A stretch of DNA of 61,366 nt, counting the filler. It is 10 parts of 10 records of this genome, joined end to end, with 100 filler letters (N's around TTAATTAATTAA, not from the genome) between each part and the next. Parts side by side here need not be neighbours in the genome. Positions count along the whole stretch, not along the records: positions 55,654 to 61,366 come from SRR20825010_4990; 9 more parts are not named here. One strand, written 5' to 3'. Under the pieces are notes generated by a model. That model was given only the letters and a program-made list of their open reading frames with translations. It was not told the DNA's origin and did not search any database. The translations under genes and the position numbers were made by a program. The first letter of the stretch is position 1, and the number at the start of each line of letters is the position of its first letter. Shown here piece after piece: positions 58,112-61,366 of this stretch.

Positions 58112-60148
58112 ATGGAACGAGTATTCGGAGGCGAGGCGGAGTGGCTGGAAACCGACGGGCTCGGGGGCTTTGCCTCGGGCACGGTCTCGGGGGCGCGTTC
58201 GCGTCGGTACCACGCCCTGCTGCTCGCGGCACGCACGCCTCCCACCGACCGCTTCGTCCTCGTCAACGGGCTCGAGGTCTGGGCCGACTCGGGCGGTGTG
58301 GAGTACCCGCTCTGCGCGCACAACTACGAACCGGGCGTCGTCTACCCCACAGGCTTCAAGTGGATCGAGAGCTTCACGCCCGACCCCTGGCCGACGTGGG
58401 TCTACAAGCTCGACGACCGGACCCGCATCCAGCACGAGGTGTTCGTGCCCCGCGGGCGGGCGGCCAGCGTCGCGACGTGGCGGGTGCTGACCGAGGGGCG
58501 CGAGGTCGCGCTGCGTGTGAAGCCGCTGCTGACGGTGCGGGGCTACCACCAGCTGCACAGCGAGAACGGCTCGTTCTCCTTTCTGGCCGAGGTGGGCGAG
58601 GGCCGGGTGACCTGGCACCCCTACTGGGGCACGCCGCGGGTGCGGGCGATGTTCAGCGGCACCTACGAGCCCAACCCGGACTGGTTCCGGTCGTTCCTCT
58701 ACGCCCGCGAGCGGGAGCGGGGGCTCGACGCCAACGAGGACTGCGCGACCCCCGGCGAGTTCCGGTTCACGATCACGGCTGCCCAGCCCGAGGCCGGGCT
58801 GATCTTCTCGACCGACACGCCGCCGGACCGCCCGCTGCCCGCCGGCGGGGCGACGGAGGTGATCGCCTCGCTCCGTGAGCAGGAAGCCGCGAGGCGTGAG
58901 GCGTTGCCCGGGGCCGTGGCGGTCAAGCACAAGCGCGGCCGGGGCACGAAGGAGACCTGGTCAACCGCGGGTCTTGCGCGCGCAGCCGACGCCTACCTCG
59001 TCAAACGCGGCCTGGCGTCCACGATCATCGCGGGCTACCCGTGGTTCACCGACTGGGGGCGGGACACGTTCATCGCGATGCGCGGGCTGTGCTTAGCGAC
59101 CGGCCGCATGGAGACCGCGCGGCAGATCCTGATCGAGTGGTCGCGGGCGCAGATGGACGGGCTCCTGCCCAACCGGTTCCCCGACGCGGGCGAGGAGCCC
59201 GAGTTTCACTCGGTGGACGCGGCGCTCTGGTACGTGCAGGCGGCCCACGACTTCCTGGCGATGGCCGGCGACGCCAAGGCGATGGCCGCGGTCGGCGCAA
59301 AGGGCTTCGCGCTGTCGGCGGGCGACGCCAAGCTGATCCGCCGCACGTGTGTGCGCGCGCTCGAGGCCTATGCCGCGGGGACGGCGCTGGGCATCCGCAT
59401 GGACGCCGACGGCCTGCTCGCCTGCGGCGAGGGCGACTCGAGCCTGACGTGGATGGACGCCCGCGTGGACGGCAAGGCCATGACGCCGCGGGTGGGCAAG
59501 CCGGTCGAGATCCAGGCGCTGTGGATCAACGCGCTCAAGCTCGCCGCAAACGACGAGCCGCGGCTGGCCCGGTCCGCGGCCCGCGCCGAGGCGTCCTTCG
59601 CCAAGCGCTTCTGGAACGAGGACAAGGGGTGCCTGTTCGACGTGGTCGATGTCGGCCACTCCGAGGGCGAGACCGACGGGAGCCTGCGCCCGAACCAGTT
59701 GCTGGCGATCGGCGGGCTGACGCACTCGCTGGTCTCGGGCAAGCGTGCGCGCGCGATCGTGGACCTGTGCGAGCGCGAGCTGCTCACCCCCATGGGCATG
59801 CGGACGCTCGGACCGAGCGAGCCGGGGTATATCGGCAGGTACATCGGCGAGAGCGGCGGCGGGCCGCTGGAGCGCGACAGCGCCTACCACAACGGCACGG
59901 CGTGGCCCTGGCTCATGGGCCCCTTCGCCGAGGCGTGGGTCCGGGTGCGCAGCGGGAAGGCCTCGGCCAAGCGCGAGGCGCGGGAGCGGTTTGTGAAGCC
60001 GCTGGTCGAGAGCGTCGCCGAGCACGGTCTCGGGCACATTGCCGAGATCGCCGACGGCGACGAGCCCCACACGCCGCGGGGTTGCCCGTTCCAGGCGTGG
60101 AGCGTGGGCGAGGTGCTGCGGTTGGACCGGCTCGTCCTGGCGGGGTGA
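58112..60148 (+). CDS. Glycogen debranching enzyme (amylo-alpha-1,6-glucosidase, archaeal-type)
   Basis: EWLETDGLGGFAS, RRYH, IAGYPWFTDWGRD, LTWMDA, RPNQ, YHNGTAWPW, CPFQAWS. Confidence 0.94.
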   Translation: MERVFGGEAEWLETDGLGGFASGTVSGARSRRYHALLLAARTPPTDRFVLVNGLEVWADSGGVEYPLCAHNYEPGVVYPTGFKWIESFTPDPWPTWVYKLDDRTRIQHEVFVPRGRAASVATWRVLTEGREVALRVKPLLTVRGYHQLHSENGSFSFLAEVGEGRVTWHPYWGTPRVRAMFSGTYEPNPDWFRSFLYARERERGLDANEDCATPGEFRFTITAAQPEAGLIFSTDTPPDRPLPAGGATEVIASLREQEAARREALPGAVAVKHKRGRGTKETWSTAGLARAADAYLVKRGLASTIIAGYPWFTDWGRDTFIAMRGLCLATGRMETARQILIEWSRAQMDGLLPNRFPDAGEEPEFHSVDAALWYVQAAHDFLAMAGDAKAMAAVGAKGFALSAGDAKLIRRTCVRALEAYAAGTALGIRMDADGLLACGEGDSSLTWMDARVDGKAMTPRVGKPVEIQALWINALKLAANDEPRLARSAARAEASFAKRFWNEDKGCLFDVVDVGHSEGETDGSLRPNQLLAIGGLTHSLVSGKRARAIVDLCERELLTPMGMRTLGPSEPGYIGRYIGESGGGPLERDSAYHNGTAWPWLMGPFAEAWVRVRSGKASAKREARERFVKPLVESVAEHGLGHIAEIADGDEPHTPRGCPFQAWSVGEVLRLDRLVLAG

Positions 60149-60187
60149 GGCCTCGATCCCGGGATCACCCGCGGTATCCTGTGAAGC

Positions 60188-60742
60188 ATGAGCAAGCACA
60201 GGGGATTCTGGAACATCATCGACGCGGGTCGGCGAGCGGGGCAGAGCCGCTCGGTGGTTTCGAAGCTGCTCTCCCGGGGCGGCACCGACCAGGACAGACA
60301 GCTCGGCGCGATCACCGCCGAGCTGGGCCGGCTCTCGCCGGAGCAGGTGGTCAAGTTCAAGGTCTGGCTCGACGAGCAGTTGCAGCGAGCGAACCGCTGG
60401 GACCTGTGGTGTGCCGCGTACGTCATGTGCGGCGGGTGCGGCGACGACAGTTTCGAGTACTTCCGGGCGTGGCTCATCGGGCAGGGCGAGGAGGTGTTCG
60501 AGCGTGCGATCGAAGACCCCGAGACGCTCGCGGACCTGCCGGTGATCGACCCGATGCTGGAGTGCGAATTTGAGTCGCTGATCTACGTCGCGGCGGATGT
60601 CTACGAGCAGCAGACCGGCGAGGACCTCTACGACCACCTGCCGAAGCGCCAATCCGGTGGCGAGACGGTCGGCGAGCCGTTCGATGAAGAGACCGCTGCG
60701 CAGCGGTTCCCGCGCATCGCGGCCAAATGGAACCACGGATAG
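60188..60742 (+). CDS. DUF4240 family protein
   Basis: FWNIID, LWCAAYVMCGGCGDDSFEYFRAWLIGQG. Confidence 0.85.
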   Translation: MSKHRGFWNIIDAGRRAGQSRSVVSKLLSRGGTDQDRQLGAITAELGRLSPEQVVKFKVWLDEQLQRANRWDLWCAAYVMCGGCGDDSFEYFRAWLIGQGEEVFERAIEDPETLADLPVIDPMLECEFESLIYVAADVYEQQTGEDLYDHLPKRQSGGETVGEPFDEETAAQRFPRIAAKWNHG

Positions 60743-60745
60743 GCG

Positions 60746-61366
60746 TCAGCTGATGCTGAGCGTCGGCTTGCGCTTGCCCTGCCTGAGCGAGGCGAGGGCG
60801 ACCTGGCCCTCGAGCGTGGTGGCGAGCGACTGCAGCGCCTGCGGCAGGGCGTCGCCGCCGGCGGTGGCGGGGTTGTAGTTGTCGCTGGGGTTGCCGGTGT
60901 CGGAGTTCGCGCGGAGGGCGGTGTTGATGGGGATGCTGCCGAGGAAGGGCAGGCCCATGCGCTGGGCCATGATCTCGGCCCCGCCACGCCCGAAGATGTC
61001 GTACTCCTTGCCGTCATCGCCGATGAAGAAGCTCATGTTCTCGACCACGCCGAGGATGTCGATCTTGAGCTGCTGGAACATGCGGGCGGCGCGGACGGCG
61101 TCGTCCTGGGCGACCTTTTGCGGCGTGCACACGAGGACGGCCCCGGTGAGCGTAAGCGTCTGGGCCATGGTCAGGCAGACATCGCCGGTGCCGGGCGGCA
61201 GGTCGATGATGAGATAGTCGAGTTCGCCCCACGAGGCCTGCTCGACGAGCTGCTTGAACGCGCCGTGGGCCATGGGGCCGCGCCAGATGAGCGGCTTGTC
61301 GGGCTCGACGAGCTTGCCGATGGTGATGGCCTTGATGCCGTGCACGGCGTGCGGCTGCAGCTTGCC
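60746..61366 (-). CDS. Mrp/NBP35 (ApbC) Fe-S carrier ATPase, partial
   Basis: LIWRGPM, WGELDYLIIDLPPGTGD, GVVENMS. Confidence 0.94.
   Translation of the reverse strand, partial: GKLQPHAVHGIKAITIGKLVEPDKPLIWRGPMAHGAFKQLVEQASWGELDYLIIDLPPGTGDVCLTMAQTLTLTGAVLVCTPQKVAQDDAVRAARMFQQLKIDILGVVENMSFFIGDDGKEYDIFGRGGAEIMAQRMGLPFLGSIPINTALRANSDTGNPSDNYNPATAGGDALPQALQSLATTLEGQVALASLRQGKRKPTLSIS

Overview
This window is not one locus. It holds ten unrelated contig fragments joined by nine artificial 100-bp spacers (N44-TTAATTAATTAA-N44), typical of concatenated metagenome or multi-organism assemblies. Taxonomic labels are my inference from gene content and style. (1) 1-4350: clade II N2O reductase cluster (dihaem cytochrome c, nosZ, nosB, nosD). 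(2) 4451-10905: Roseobacter-like; EF-hand/ECF sigma/anti-sigma/periplasmic cluster, PleD-like diguanylate cyclase, DUF3572, HAD hydrolase, MttB-family protein. (3) 11006-16610: alphaproteobacterial coxC-DUF983-SURF1-M32...thrC, with an Lrp/DUF6356 pair. (4) 16711-21637: GntR, M20 pseudogene, tctAB, dehydrogenase, amidohydrolase. (5) 21738-24840: sugar ABC transporter. (6) 24941-40708: Marinobacter-like; TAXI-TRAP, DUF6160, flippase-like protein plus a dead-phosphoesterase/GT4 fusion, trhO, DsbA-like protein, CtpL-like chemoreceptor. (7) 40809-44980: gatCA, ruvX, GT9. (8) 45081-48233: polysaccharide genes. (9) 48334-55553: Rhizobiales dksA, cckA, pncB, pccB. (10) 55654-61366: glgB, GT3 glycogen synthase, debranching enzyme, Mrp. 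I saw no CRISPR array, rRNA, tRNA, transposase or prophage. The best candidate for an undescribed system is the operon at 29455-32726. It encodes a periplasmic calcineurin-like domain that has lost nearly all metal ligands, fused across the membrane to a glycolipid-type GT4 and translationally coupled to a flippase-like protein. Other highlights are consensus regulator boxes in front of uncharacterised genes (CtrA, Lrp, CRP) and a Pho-like promoter. All family assignments come from motif recognition, not database searches.
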